Virus record (IMG/VR): IMGVR_UViG_3300037467_001050
Location: 58,895 to 122,894 of that record
DNA from: a virus
Length of the DNA stretch: 64,000 bases
Strand: one strand, 5' to 3'
Positions 17,861 to 26,877 of the stretch are shown piece after piece. The translations under genes were made by a program, and so were the position numbers. A model generated the notes under the pieces. That model was not told the DNA's origin, did not search any database, and saw only the letters and a program-made list of their open reading frames with translations. Each line of letters starts with the position of its first letter. The stretch's first letter is position 1.

Positions 17861-18373
17861 ATGCGGCGTTTGTTCGGTTCCCTGGTAGCCCTCACGATCC
17901 TCGCAACTGGGGCCCTCGCGGCGCCCCAGTGCGAGCGGTCGGAGGCGAAGTCATCGGCCTCTGCGCCACCCCCGTGGACGGCCAAGCAGTGCCCCATCGC
18001 CTGCCGCGTCCGCTACAGCCCGGGCGGTTGGATCGACGATTTCAAGAAGTCAGCACTGCAGCTCAAGGCTGATGGGCGCACGCTGATCATCGACGGTCAA
18101 TGCATCTCCGCCTGCACGGTGGCGGCCGACCTCGCGCGCCCGAACGTGTGCATCACGCCGCGCGCCAGCTTTCGCTTCCACAGGACCTATGCCTGGGACA
18201 TGGCCACTCTGTGCTTCCTCGGGCGCGATGACGCCTATGAGGACTACAGCGCCGACATCGGCGGCTGGATCCGCGCGCACGGCGGTTTCCCGGGCAAGAC
18301 GCTGCACGACGATGCGCTGCTCGACATGAACGCGAAGGAGGCCGCCGCCTTTTTCCCGGTCTGCGGGGCCTGA
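17861..18373 (+). CDS. Secreted protein, ClpP/crotonase-like fold (Rhizobiales type)
   Basis: Signal peptide; SPGG, IDGQCISACT, FRFH motifs. Confidence 0.6.
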   Translation: MRRLFGSLVALTILATGALAAPQCERSEAKSSASAPPPWTAKQCPIACRVRYSPGGWIDDFKKSALQLKADGRTLIIDGQCISACTVAADLARPNVCITPRASFRFHRTYAWDMATLCFLGRDDAYEDYSADIGGWIRAHGGFPGKTLHDDALLDMNAKEAAAFFPVCGA

Positions 18374-18374
18374 G

Positions 18375-20339
18375 ATGCCGACACCTCTCATCCCCACGCC
18401 CGAGCGCATCCGCCGCAAGGAGCGCATCGAGGAGCTGTTGCGCCAGGGCTATGCGCCCCTGAAGGTCCGCGGCGGAAAGGGTGCTGCGTGCAATCACGCT
18501 GCCCTCGCCGAGGACATCAACTACCACCGCTGGGTCCGCTCCGAAGAGAGGGAGCGTGACGCCGGCCGCGAAAGCTACGTCCCGGACTGGTCCCTGTACG
18601 CGGGGGAGATCCAGCCGGAAGCGCCCCACGTCACCGTGATGGGCGACGATCTGAAGCCCACCCAGATCGAACACGCGCAGGCTCGAGCCGCTCTGCTCGC
18701 CACCCAGGTCAACAACCTGGTCACGCGCTCCCGCTTCCCCCTGATCAATCCCGACGCGATCATCATCGCGAGCAACATGAACCAGGCCTACGACGTGATG
18801 CTCGGCGAGTACGTCGAGCGCCAGGGCCGGCCGCGGACGTGGCTCACCGACACCCTGCGCGTCGCGCCGGTGCCGGACGCCCGCAACCGCCGCTTCCTGT
18901 TCACGGCCGCCCAGAACGACGCGCCGCTGCATGACGGCTTCTGGCTGAACCTGCAGGCCTATGCCGAGCACATCGGTGCCGAGATCGTGGTCGGGCCGTT
19001 CACCTACGAGACGACGTGGTGGTCCGAGAACGATCCAACGAGCCGCGAGTACGCCGAGGAACTTACCGAGCACCTGTGCTTCGGCCAGATGGAGATCGGC
19101 GACAACTTCATCTTCGCTGGCGAGATGAACACTCTGCCGACCGCCTCGCAGCCGATCTCGGACCTGACCACCTACAGCCGGAACCGCTGGGCCGTGTTCC
19201 CGCATGCCAAGCGCCAGCTCAAGAGCGTGCCCTCGACCGATCCGGCCGTGCAGGCGCATCAGGTGATGACCACCGGCAGCGTCACACGCCCGAAGGTGAT
19301 CCCGCGTAAGGCCGGCGTAAAGTCTCTGTTCCATCAAGTGGTTGGCGCCGTCGTCGTCGAGTTCGACGAGGAAGCCAATCCGTTCTGCCGGCAGATCACC
19401 GCCAACGAGGATGGCAGCTTCTACGACCTCGACCGGCACATCTCCGGTGGAGAGGTCACCACTGGCCACCGAGTGCGCGCCGTGGTCGCGGCCGACCTGC
19501 ACATGCGCAAGATCGCCAACGACAACGCGCTCGCCACATTCGGCTTCGATCCGTCAACGCAGGCGCGCTACCGCGGCAGCCTGATCGACGTGCTCCGGCC
19601 GGAGTACCTGATGCTGCACGACATCTTCGACCACGAGGCTCGAAACCACCACAACCAGAACGACCCGGGTCACGCCTACGAGATGCACGTCCGCGGGCGC
19701 GCGAGCATCCTCGGTGAGATCGTGCAGGTCGGCGGCTTCCTGGAGAAGCTCCAGGTGACGGTGCCCGAGACTGAGATCGTCGTTGTGGAGAGCAACCACG
19801 ACATCGGCCTCGACCGCTACGTGCGCGAGGGCCGCTACCGGCAGGATCCGGTCAACATCCGGCTCGGGCTGAAGCTGGAGGACGCGATGCTCGGCCAGCG
19901 CGCCGCGGTTGCCATGGCGCTCGACAACGACCAGACGCCGCCGCGCTTCTCGCTGCTCGAGGCGGCCCTGCGCGGCACGGGCGCCGAACTGGACCGGGTC
20001 TCCTGGGCGTATGATGGCTACAGCCGATTGATCGATGGTATCGAAGTCGGTCACCATGGTTTTCGTGGTGTAAATGGCTCCAAGGGCACAGTACAGGGCT
20101 TCGCTCGCACCGGTCGCAAAATGTCAATCGGAGACAAACATTCGCCTGAAATCAATGAAGGCGTGTACGTTGCCGGTGCTATAAACTTGCAGATGGGCTA
20201 TAATCGTGGACCAAGCACTTGGGCTGTCTCTCACATAATTCATTACGCTGACGGCAATAGATCAATAGTCACACTTCAGAAAGGCAGATGGAGAGCAGAG
20301 AAACCTCGTGTTTCAGTTCCAGCATCGAGAGCTGCGTAA
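18375..20339 (+). CDS. A1: T5 A1-like metallophosphoesterase/DNase
   Basis: TAAQND..H..F..NL..YA, EMNTLPTA, AGVKSLFH, ADLH, HDIFD...RNHH, VESNHD, HGFRGVNGSKG, MGYN.GPS.W match the T5 A1 sequence as recalled. Confidence 0.8.
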   Translation: MPTPLIPTPERIRRKERIEELLRQGYAPLKVRGGKGAACNHAALAEDINYHRWVRSEERERDAGRESYVPDWSLYAGEIQPEAPHVTVMGDDLKPTQIEHAQARAALLATQVNNLVTRSRFPLINPDAIIIASNMNQAYDVMLGEYVERQGRPRTWLTDTLRVAPVPDARNRRFLFTAAQNDAPLHDGFWLNLQAYAEHIGAEIVVGPFTYETTWWSENDPTSREYAEELTEHLCFGQMEIGDNFIFAGEMNTLPTASQPISDLTTYSRNRWAVFPHAKRQLKSVPSTDPAVQAHQVMTTGSVTRPKVIPRKAGVKSLFHQVVGAVVVEFDEEANPFCRQITANEDGSFYDLDRHISGGEVTTGHRVRAVVAADLHMRKIANDNALATFGFDPSTQARYRGSLIDVLRPEYLMLHDIFDHEARNHHNQNDPGHAYEMHVRGRASILGEIVQVGGFLEKLQVTVPETEIVVVESNHDIGLDRYVREGRYRQDPVNIRLGLKLEDAMLGQRAAVAMALDNDQTPPRFSLLEAALRGTGAELDRVSWAYDGYSRLIDGIEVGHHGFRGVNGSKGTVQGFARTGRKMSIGDKHSPEINEGVYVAGAINLQMGYNRGPSTWAVSHIIHYADGNRSIVTLQKGRWRAEKPRVSVPASRAA

Positions 20340-20367
20340 ATCTGGCTTTCTGTTATTGGTATGTAGC

Positions 20368-20850
20368 ATGCTCACTCAAGACAGAGTCTCTCAGGTACTC
20401 GATTATGACCCAGAGACCGGCCTGTTTACATGGAAAGTTAACATATCGCGTCGCATGCGTGCTGGATCGCGTGCCGGCACGATCGATGCAAATGGCTACT
20501 TGAAGCTCAAGATAGACGGCCATTCTGATTACGGGCATCGCATCGCCTTCCTCATCATGGAGGGTTGGATGCCCGACGAGGTCGATCACAGGAACTTGGT
20601 TCGGTCTGACAACGCCTGGAGCAATCTCAGGCCAGCCACCCCTGGTCAGCAGATGAGCAATCGTCGCACGCCGAAATCGAACACGTCTGGCGTCAAAGGT
20701 GTCCGTCTTGAGAACGGACGCTGGAGAGCGCGGATCAAAGTTGGCGGCAAGAAGCTGCACTTGGGCTCATTCGATACCATCGAAGAGGCATCCGCAGCCT
20801 ACGCGGCAGCATCAGAACGGCACCACGGTGAGTTCGGGAGACTGAACTAG
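20368..20850 (+). CDS. HNH homing endonuclease with AP2 domain
   Basis: LDYDPETGLFTW, HRIAF, VDHRN..RSDNAWSNLR, NTSGVKGV, HLGSFDTIEEA; lower GC than flanks. Confidence 0.92.
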   Translation: MLTQDRVSQVLDYDPETGLFTWKVNISRRMRAGSRAGTIDANGYLKLKIDGHSDYGHRIAFLIMEGWMPDEVDHRNLVRSDNAWSNLRPATPGQQMSNRRTPKSNTSGVKGVRLENGRWRARIKVGGKKLHLGSFDTIEEASAAYAAASERHHGEFGRLN

Positions 20851-20852
20851 CC

Positions 20853-21041
20853 ATGATGCGCTGGACCAAGGAGCGCGAGAAGGCGATCAAGCTCCATCGC
20901 AAGGCGGCACGCCACTACGCCTACGCCATGGAGCTCATGCTCCGCGACAGACCGACGGCGGCTTCTCGTGCCTTCCGTGCCTGTCTGCTCGCGCGCCAGA
21001 AAGCCTGGAGGCTGGATCCGGAGAGCCACCTCTTTTCCTGA
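20853..21041 (+). CDS. Small basic hypothetical protein
   Basis: 62-aa ORF in the operon. Confidence 0.5.
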   Translation: MMRWTKEREKAIKLHRKAARHYAYAMELMLRDRPTAASRAFRACLLARQKAWRLDPESHLFS

Positions 21042-21049
21042 GGCCACGC

Positions 21050-21063
21050 TTGCAGGAATGCAA
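21050..21063 (+). promoter_or_regulatory. Repeated motif TTGCAGGAATGCAA (perfect copy)
   Basis: Exact match; AAAATGCAAAC at the 19-nt spacing. Confidence 0.75.
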
Positions 21064-21101
21064 ACAGTGTGCGAGGGAAAATGCAAACGCAGGGGATTGC
21101 C

Positions 21102-21572
21102 GTGAACCCGAAAGTGTACCTCGCTGGGCCAATCAGCGGCCTCTCCTACGGAGGAGCCACCGATTGGCGCGTCCTCGCCAAAGCCATGCTCCGCACCAAC
21201 GACATCGACGCCTTCTCGCCACTTCGGCACCAACAGAACCTTGCCAGCATCCAGATCTTCTCTGACCTCGGCTCTGAGACCGAGCGCCTGAAGGATCCGA
21301 TGTCGACCACGCGCGGTCTGACTGTGCGCGATCGCTGGGACGCCCAGCGCTGCGACGTGATGCTGGTGAACTTGCTCGGCGCCAAGAAGGTGTCGATCGG
21401 CACTGTGCTCGAGCTGGCGTGGGCAGATGCCCGCCGCATCCCGATCGTGGTCGCGATGGAAGCTGACGGCTCGAACCCACACGAGCACGCGATGATCCAC
21501 GAGATCATCGGCTTCCGCACACCAGACCTCGACAGCGCCGTCGTCACCACCGTGAAGATCCTGAAGCCATGA
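21102..21572 (+). CDS. Nucleoside 2-deoxyribosyltransferase-like (NDT/RCL family) protein
   Basis: KVYLAGPI, DRWD..RCD..LV, SIGTVLELAWA; an alternative in-frame ATG lies at 21081. Confidence 0.8.
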   Translation: MNPKVYLAGPISGLSYGGATDWRVLAKAMLRTNDIDAFSPLRHQQNLASIQIFSDLGSETERLKDPMSTTRGLTVRDRWDAQRCDVMLVNLLGAKKVSIGTVLELAWADARRIPIVVAMEADGSNPHEHAMIHEIIGFRTPDLDSAVVTTVKILKP

Positions 21573-21850
21573 GCGGCATCATCGACAGAGATGTGGCGAA
21601 AAAAATCATCCAGGATTTCCTGGATGACGTCGGTGCTCGAGAAGAGCTCGAGGTTCGCGGTTGGTATGCTTCTACGCGCAAGTTCAAGATCGGTGACGTC
21701 CCTGGATATCTGATGGACCACGCGATCGAGAAGCTGATCCACAACGTCTACGCGCAGGCGATGGTAGCAGCTGCGGACGACGCGAAGAGCCGGATCGAGA
21801 ATAAGATCAGGGCCCGCATCACGGCGATCATCGACGAGGCCGTGAGATGA
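21569..21850 (+). CDS. Hypothetical protein
   Basis: ATGA overlaps at both ends. Confidence 0.6.
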   Translation: MSGIIDRDVAKKIIQDFLDDVGAREELEVRGWYASTRKFKIGDVPGYLMDHAIEKLIHNVYAQAMVAAADDAKSRIENKIRARITAIIDEAVR

Positions 21851-22131
21851 AGCGCGGCTCCGAGAAACAGAAGGTCATCCCGGTCTCGCCGAAGCTGCAG
21901 GCCGCCTGGGACGCCCTCGTCGAGCGCCGCCCCGCCGCCGTGGCCTTCCACGCCCACGAGCTGCCGGGTGCCGACGCCGAAATCGAGCGAGTGTTGAAGC
22001 AGACGACGCAGGCCGAGGCGGACACCGCCTCCGCGGCCTTCCTGCTCCAGCCGCACAGCAAGCTGTCGATCGAGGTCCGCTGGGTCCTCGATCCCGAAGT
22101 GGTCAAGAAACACAAGGGGAAGCAGAAGTGA
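21847..22131 (+). CDS. Hypothetical protein
   Basis: Coupled ORF. Confidence 0.55.
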   Translation: MKRGSEKQKVIPVSPKLQAAWDALVERRPAAVAFHAHELPGADAEIERVLKQTTQAEADTASAAFLLQPHSKLSIEVRWVLDPEVVKKHKGKQK

Positions 22132-22838
22132 ACGCGATCGGCCTGTCCGGCTTCGCGGCGTCGGGGAAGACGACCGCGGCCAAGTATATCGAGAAGACCT
22201 ACGGTTTCGAGCGGCGCCACATCGCCGAGCCGCTGCGCGCCATGATCGCCGTTCTGATGCGCGCCAACGGCATCTCCGAGGAGATGATCGACCGCTACCT
22301 CGTGGGCGACCTGAAGGACGGCGTGGTGATCCCTGAGCTGGGCAAGACCTCGCGCGAGCTGCAGATCACCATCGGCACAGAGTGGGGGAGGGAGTGCGTC
22401 GGCCCTGACGTCTGGGTGAACACCTGGGTCCGCGGCGTCGGCCCGGGCGAGCGCGTCATGAACGACAGCGTCCGCTTCCCCAACGAGGAAGACGCCATAC
22501 ACTCGCTCGGTGGCCTCACGATCCTGATCACCCGCAAGGGCACTGGCCCGGCCAAGTTCAAGTGGTTCGGCCTCGGCAAGCTGCTCTACAAGGCCACCGG
22601 CCTCATGTGGGGCGTCCACGACAGCGAGCGCACCGACCGGCTCAGCCCCGACATCGTCATCGAGAACGACGGAACGGTCGAGGATCTGGAGCGCGCGATC
22701 GACGCCGCCCTGCGGGACTTCTGGGCCGACCGGCAGCCGAAGGGCGCCACGTACCCGGTGCCGGAACTCGCCAACGACAACCGGGCCGGCGTGATCGCGC
22801 TCGCCACCCAAGCCTTCGCTATGCGGGGTGTCGCGTGA
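22128..22838 (+). CDS. Deoxynucleoside monophosphate kinase
   Basis: IGLSGFAASGKTT P-loop, RELQITIGTEWGR, DSVRFPNE, HDSE. Confidence 0.9.
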   Translation: MNAIGLSGFAASGKTTAAKYIEKTYGFERRHIAEPLRAMIAVLMRANGISEEMIDRYLVGDLKDGVVIPELGKTSRELQITIGTEWGRECVGPDVWVNTWVRGVGPGERVMNDSVRFPNEEDAIHSLGGLTILITRKGTGPAKFKWFGLGKLLYKATGLMWGVHDSERTDRLSPDIVIENDGTVEDLERAIDAALRDFWADRQPKGATYPVPELANDNRAGVIALATQAFAMRGVA

Positions 22839-23023
22839 TGTGGCTCTTCAAGCGCAAACAGAAGCCTGCTCCATACAAGTCGCGCGACGGCTCTGAAATC
22901 CTCGCTCTGCGCTGGAACTGGTCGCCGAAAGACATCGCCACTCTTCGTGACGACGAATTGGCTATGCTGGTTGGAGCCGCACGGATGCTGGAGCGCCGCG
23001 AACAGCTGGTGAGGGCCGCGTGA
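22838..23023 (+). CDS. Small hypothetical protein (MWLFKRK N-terminus)
   Basis: TGATG coupling. Confidence 0.5.
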   Translation: MWLFKRKQKPAPYKSRDGSEILALRWNWSPKDIATLRDDELAMLVGAARMLERREQLVRAA

Positions 23024-23283
23024 TGTGGCCATTCAAGCGCAAGAGCAAGAAGGTCGAGTCGAAGATCCTGCACGTCTACCGTTTCCGTCCGCAGGAGGAC
23101 ATGACGGCACGGGAGCTGGCCATGCTGCTGACCTTGGCCAATCCGCTGCTGTCCACTGTGCTCGAGCCGGAGGCGAAGTTCGATGGCGACGAGCCCCCGG
23201 ACTTGTTCTTCATGCGCGAACTCGGCATGCCCGAGCTGGGGCGTCATTTCGAGCCGACCTTCAACCTGGTGGATCGGCCATGA
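23023..23283 (+). CDS. Small hypothetical protein (MWPFKRK N-terminus)
   Basis: TGATG coupling. Confidence 0.55.
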   Translation: MWPFKRKSKKVESKILHVYRFRPQEDMTARELAMLLTLANPLLSTVLEPEAKFDGDEPPDLFFMRELGMPELGRHFEPTFNLVDRP

Positions 23284-23543
23284 CCGGCTTCCTGGACGCC
23301 CAGGATCGCCCGTGGCTGGCGATGAAGGAGAAGATCGGCGAGGTGATCGAGAAGGAGCGGATGCTCCCGCTCACCCGGCACAGCCTACAGCAGATGCTCG
23401 ACAAGATCGGCACGCTGCTGCTCAACAGCGCCGGCGTGCAGGGCTTCATCACCACCGAGATCAGCCATGTCCCGGTTCCCTACGACAGCATCAAGGAGCT
23501 GGTGCCGCCGACCGAGTATCTGGTGGACCCCGCCCATGCGTGA
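23280..23543 (+). CDS. Hypothetical protein
   Basis: ATGA overlap; MTGFLDAQDRPW. Confidence 0.55.
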   Translation: MTGFLDAQDRPWLAMKEKIGEVIEKERMLPLTRHSLQQMLDKIGTLLLNSAGVQGFITTEISHVPVPYDSIKELVPPTEYLVDPAHA

Positions 23544-23808
23544 CTGGCTCGAAGCGTTCGGCGTGGCCGTCGGCATGACCGTGGCCTGCGCGATCCCGTT
23601 CCTCGTGATCCTGCTGCTCGTGGCGAGCTGCTCTGTGGACCAGGGACGGTGCCTCGCCAGTGAGAAGCGCATGGAGACGCAGATGATCCAGACAGGGTCG
23701 ATCCCTGTCGGTGGTGGCGTCTCGATGCCGATCTACACCTACTACGACGAGGATGTGGATCACTGCACCCAGTGGGAATTTCCCGAGGGTCGCACACGCG
23801 CACGTTGA
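23536..23808 (+). CDS. Membrane-anchored/lipoprotein-like hypothetical protein
   Basis: N-terminal TM segment ending VASC. Confidence 0.55.
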   Translation: MRDWLEAFGVAVGMTVACAIPFLVILLLVASCSVDQGRCLASEKRMETQMIQTGSIPVGGGVSMPIYTYYDEDVDHCTQWEFPEGRTRAR

Positions 23809-23817
23809 AAACGGCTC

Positions 23818-23849
23818 GGGCGCAGCCTAGCTTTGCTGCGCCCTTTTTT
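23818..23849 (+). terminator. Intrinsic terminator ending the late operon
   Basis: GGGCGCAGC-8nt-GCTGCGCCC-TTTTTT. Confidence 0.8.
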
Positions 23850-23862
23850 CTGAGCCGGACCC

Positions 23863-24135
23863 ATGCGCGCCGCTATCGCCGCCCTTGCCCTTCTGATCCC
23901 CACCACAGCCCTGGCCGACGAGAAGTGTCGGATGACCGTCGATCAGTTCGAGGCGATCCGTCTCGACTGGCCTGTCTCGCGCGTCAACAACCTGCTGGGT
24001 TGCGACGGCGAGCTCTCCGGGGCGTCCAAGTTCGGGGACATCGAGACCAAGGTCTACGTCTACTACGGCGAGCACAACAACTTTCAGCTGCTATTCCAGA
24101 ACCGACGGCTCGCACGCAAGCTGAAGCTCAGCTAG
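23863..24135 (+). CDS. Small secreted protein, SmpA/BLIP (DUF3862-like) fold
   Basis: Signal peptide ending ALA; MTVDQFEAI....V..LLG...E; Y.Y; L.FQN..L..K. Confidence 0.6.
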   Translation: MRAAIAALALLIPTTALADEKCRMTVDQFEAIRLDWPVSRVNNLLGCDGELSGASKFGDIETKVYVYYGEHNNFQLLFQNRRLARKLKLS

Positions 24136-24434
24136 GCTGCATCGGCCTCGTAGGCGATCACCAGCAGGCCTTCCTTCGTGATGTCGTAGGCGTGGGTGAC
24201 CTCCACGTCGGGAGCTCCGACGTCGTTCTCCCCAGCCTCGAGGGCGATCGTGCTCTGGAGTGGCTCTGCCTTGAGCCAACCGGCCCGTAGCAGGCTTTCA
24301 ATGTCCTCGCCGGCCACGAAGCCGTTCGGTGTCTCGACGGCCATGTAGGAGGCTGCATTCGACCCAGGCGTGAGGCCGCCGAACGGCACCACGTCTACGA
24401 TCTTCGCGAGCTCGATCTTGAGGCGCAGGCTCAT
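24132..24434 (-). CDS. Hypothetical protein (last gene of the leftward operon)
   Basis: Stop codon overlaps the converging gene; ATGA coupling upstream. Confidence 0.55.
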   Translation of the reverse strand: MSLRLKIELAKIVDVVPFGGLTPGSNAASYMAVETPNGFVAGEDIESLLRAGWLKAEPLQSTIALEAGENDVGAPDVEVTHAYDITKEGLLVIAYEADAA

Positions 24435-24724
24435 GGCTTGAGCCATGGCCCGAGCGGCTCCTCGCCGCGCACCTCGCGGATCGCGTTGATGATCTCTAGG
24501 GCGACCTCACGCCCGGTCGCCCCCTCCCAGCGCTCCGAGAGCTTGGTCAGGCGCTTCTCGATGCTCAGGATGGCCTGAGAGGGTCCATCAGTGACTCTCT
24601 CGGCCAGCAGCGCCCGGATGACCCTAGCGCCGTGGAAGCAGGCCTGCTCGCGCCCGTGGCCGTTCTTGTCGGCATAGAGCTCGAGGTGGTCCAGCGTGTT
24701 GTCGATGTCGGCTTGGTCGATCAT
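24431..24724 (-). CDS. Hypothetical protein
   Basis: Coupled ORF, 97 aa. Confidence 0.55.
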   Translation of the reverse strand: MIDQADIDNTLDHLELYADKNGHGREQACFHGARVIRALLAERVTDGPSQAILSIEKRLTKLSERWEGATGREVALEIINAIREVRGEEPLGPWLKP

Positions 24725-24729
24725 GCGTA

Positions 24730-24969
24730 TCAGCCCTCCCTGACGTACCCGACGCCACGCGGCGCGCAGTTCTCCAGCATGCCGCGGTAGACCTCCATAG
24801 CCTTCTCACGGCTCTCGAACTGCAGCAGCGTCGGCTTATGCGCGAGCAGCGCTTCCACGTCGAAGATCAGGTCCCACGCGCCGTGCATGGTCCCGACCTT
24901 CGCGGCCTCTGCGCGAACCTGCGGCAGCAGCCTGCGGATCGCCTGTTCGTCCTCATCGATCTGCTTCAT
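24730..24969 (-). CDS. Hypothetical protein
   Basis: GAGG RBS, MKQIDEDE. Confidence 0.5.
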   Translation of the reverse strand: MKQIDEDEQAIRRLLPQVRAEAAKVGTMHGAWDLIFDVEALLAHKPTLLQFESREKAMEVYRGMLENCAPRGVGYVREG

Positions 24970-24973
24970 GGCC

Positions 24974-25186
24974 TCAATAGTCCTCGTGGATCGCCATCCG
25001 GAGCGCATCGAGCCGCTTGAGGTGGGCCTGCTGATCGGGCGTGATCTGATCGCGGCCGAACGGCCCACGCTTCACCCCGAACTCATTCTCCAGGGCGGTG
25101 ATCGCCAGATCGAACGACCAGCGCAGGTCGCGCAGGCTGTCGTTCGGGACCGCCAGAACGCGGCAATCGCTGTGCTTATGGATCAT
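24974..25186 (-). CDS. Hypothetical protein
   Basis: 70-aa ORF in the gene array. Confidence 0.45.
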   Translation of the reverse strand: MIHKHSDCRVLAVPNDSLRDLRWSFDLAITALENEFGVKRGPFGRDQITPDQQAHLKRLDALRMAIHEDY

Positions 25187-25208
25187 GTCGGATGCCCCCG
25201 CTTTCGAA

Positions 25209-25451
25209 CTACGCCCGCGGCGGCAGGCCGATGTAGCTGGCCCGCACCCGGTCGATGGTGCCGTGCCGCAGCCCGTCTATGGCGTTCTGCGCGTGATAGA
25301 GCGCGTCCTGTGCGCGGCACGCTACCGGGGCGCCCGCACCCTTCGACGCCTCCGGTTCGAAGTCGTCGCGCTCCGACAGCTTGCTCGCCTCGACCAAGAA
25401 TGGAAGGGCGGCCTCAAGTGCCGCAAGCGCCTGTTTCTGTGTGTCGTTCAT
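25209..25451 (-). CDS. Hypothetical protein
   Basis: MNDTQKQAL start. Confidence 0.45.
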   Translation of the reverse strand: MNDTQKQALAALEAALPFLVEASKLSERDDFEPEASKGAGAPVACRAQDALYHAQNAIDGLRHGTIDRVRASYIGLPPRA

Positions 25452-25485
25452 CGCCAAACCCTGCCCCCTCCGTCGAACGCCGAAC

Positions 25486-25713
25486 CTATTTCGCCGACAC
25501 CAATCGGATCGCCTTGATTGCGCGGCCAAGGCACTCCCCGGCCCAAGCCAAGCACGCGACAAGCGCGACCGTGGTTGCTCCGGACGGGAGCGGCTGCCCC
25601 GCTTCATTGGCTGCGGCTATCGCCCATACGGCCCAACCTGTGAGGGCGAGCCATGCTGCGCTCGAAGCTATGGTGAAGCTATTGCTGATAAGGACTTTCG
25701 CCCGACTGCTCAT
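25486..25713 (-). CDS. Small two-TM membrane protein
   Basis: Two hydrophobic helices; GGAGG RBS. Confidence 0.5.
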   Translation of the reverse strand: MSSRAKVLISNSFTIASSAAWLALTGWAVWAIAAANEAGQPLPSGATTVALVACLAWAGECLGRAIKAIRLVSAK

Positions 25714-25767
25714 TGTTCCCTCCCGCATGGCGGGACCCTTGTCCGCCATACTGGCGGCCCCGCTTCC

Positions 25768-25995
25768 CTACTTCGGCAGATCCTTGAGCCCGGCGCCGGC
25801 AATCGCCGCCTCGGCCATGCTCAGCATTTCGTCCAGCACCTCAACCTCACGCGGCGACAGCGTAAGGGGCCGAAATTCTGTGCGCCTACGGCGGCGCAGC
25901 GCCTCACGCTCCTCCACCGTCGAGGGCTCACCCGTGGCTTGTCCCGGCTTGTTTTCCATCACCCTCTCCCTGATGGCGGAGCCCCGGTCCGTCAT
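25768..25995 (-). CDS. Hypothetical protein
   Basis: MTDRGSAIRE. Confidence 0.5.
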   Translation of the reverse strand: MTDRGSAIRERVMENKPGQATGEPSTVEEREALRRRRRTEFRPLTLSPREVEVLDEMLSMAEAAIAGAGLKDLPK

Positions 25996-25999
25996 ACTC

Positions 26000-26188
26000 T
26001 CAGCCCTGCGGCACTGACCGTCCTTCGGCGTCGAACCACCGCTCGTCGTGGAAGTCGCCATCGTCACAGGTGGCGCAGATGATCTCGATCTTGCAGACGC
26101 TCGCGGGGATGCTCGGGTCGATCCCATGGGCGTATGGCGCTGTTGCCTGACACCTCGGGCAGTGCAGGGTTATGGTCGGCTCGCTCAT
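26000..26188 (-). CDS. Small Zn-finger protein
   Basis: CPRC...CATC; GGAGG RBS. Confidence 0.55.
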   Translation of the reverse strand: MSEPTITLHCPRCQATAPYAHGIDPSIPASVCKIEIICATCDDGDFHDERWFDAEGRSVPQG

Positions 26189-26190
26189 GC

Positions 26191-26207
26191 TGTCCTCCCT
26201 GGTATGG
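26191..26207 (-). repeat. 17-bp exact repeat (copy 1) containing the RBS
   Basis: TGTCCTCCCTGGTATGG, identical to 27719-27735. Confidence 0.8.
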
Positions 26208-26233
26208 GTTCTCCCCTGTCCGCCACTAGCCGC

Positions 26234-26452
26234 CTAGTCGCGCAGAACGAACGTGATTGGCTCGCCGGTCAGACCGGAAGTAACGGCCGCGCAGAACGCC
26301 ACGTCCTCGCACATGCCGCCGGCAACAAGCGCCGCAATCACGCGGTCGCCGTGCGTGCATCCGGGCTTGCTTAGCGCAGCCTGTACGCCCGAAAGCTCGG
26401 CCCGATTGATGCGCAGTCGCTTCTTCACGAAATCCCACTTCCCGGCGTCCAT
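26234..26452 (-). CDS. Hypothetical protein
   Basis: MDAGKWDFVKK. Confidence 0.45.
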   Translation of the reverse strand: MDAGKWDFVKKRLRINRAELSGVQAALSKPGCTHGDRVIAALVAGGMCEDVAFCAAVTSGLTGEPITFVLRD

Positions 26453-26521
26453 TGATTTGCTCCTCTTTCCCTGTTGGCGGCGGCCCCGTCCGCACAAAGT
26501 GCTCGCTAAGCCTTTGAAGTA

Positions 26522-26824
26522 TCAGGCGGCAGGCGCGGGAATGTCGGCTCCGGCCCTAACATCGGCCCCAACAGCAAGCGCCGCTCGGGCGTAGTCCAGC
26601 GCCCTGATGCGCCCAGCCGGAGAGCCCATGTGCAGATCATAGACGATGATGCGCAGCGCCTCGCGCAACCGCTCGATCTCGGCCCTATCACCGGCCCCAG
26701 CTTGCGCGGCGCGTAGGGCGGAGATTTCGGCGATGGCCACGCGAAACTCTTGCGCTTCCGCACTGTATCCGCGGTTGTCCAATTCTCCGCACATCCTTCG
26801 GAGTTCTGCGAGGTCAGCCGCCAT
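26522..26824 (-). CDS. Hypothetical protein (paralog of 26878-27156)
   Basis: AIAEISALRAAQAG. Confidence 0.55.
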   Translation of the reverse strand: MAADLAELRRMCGELDNRGYSAEAQEFRVAIAEISALRAAQAGAGDRAEIERLREALRIIVYDLHMGSPAGRIRALDYARAALAVGADVRAGADIPAPAA

Positions 26825-26877
26825 AACTTGTAGCTCCCGTATAATGCTTGCCGAATTGCCCGTGATCGCTTCCGCCC

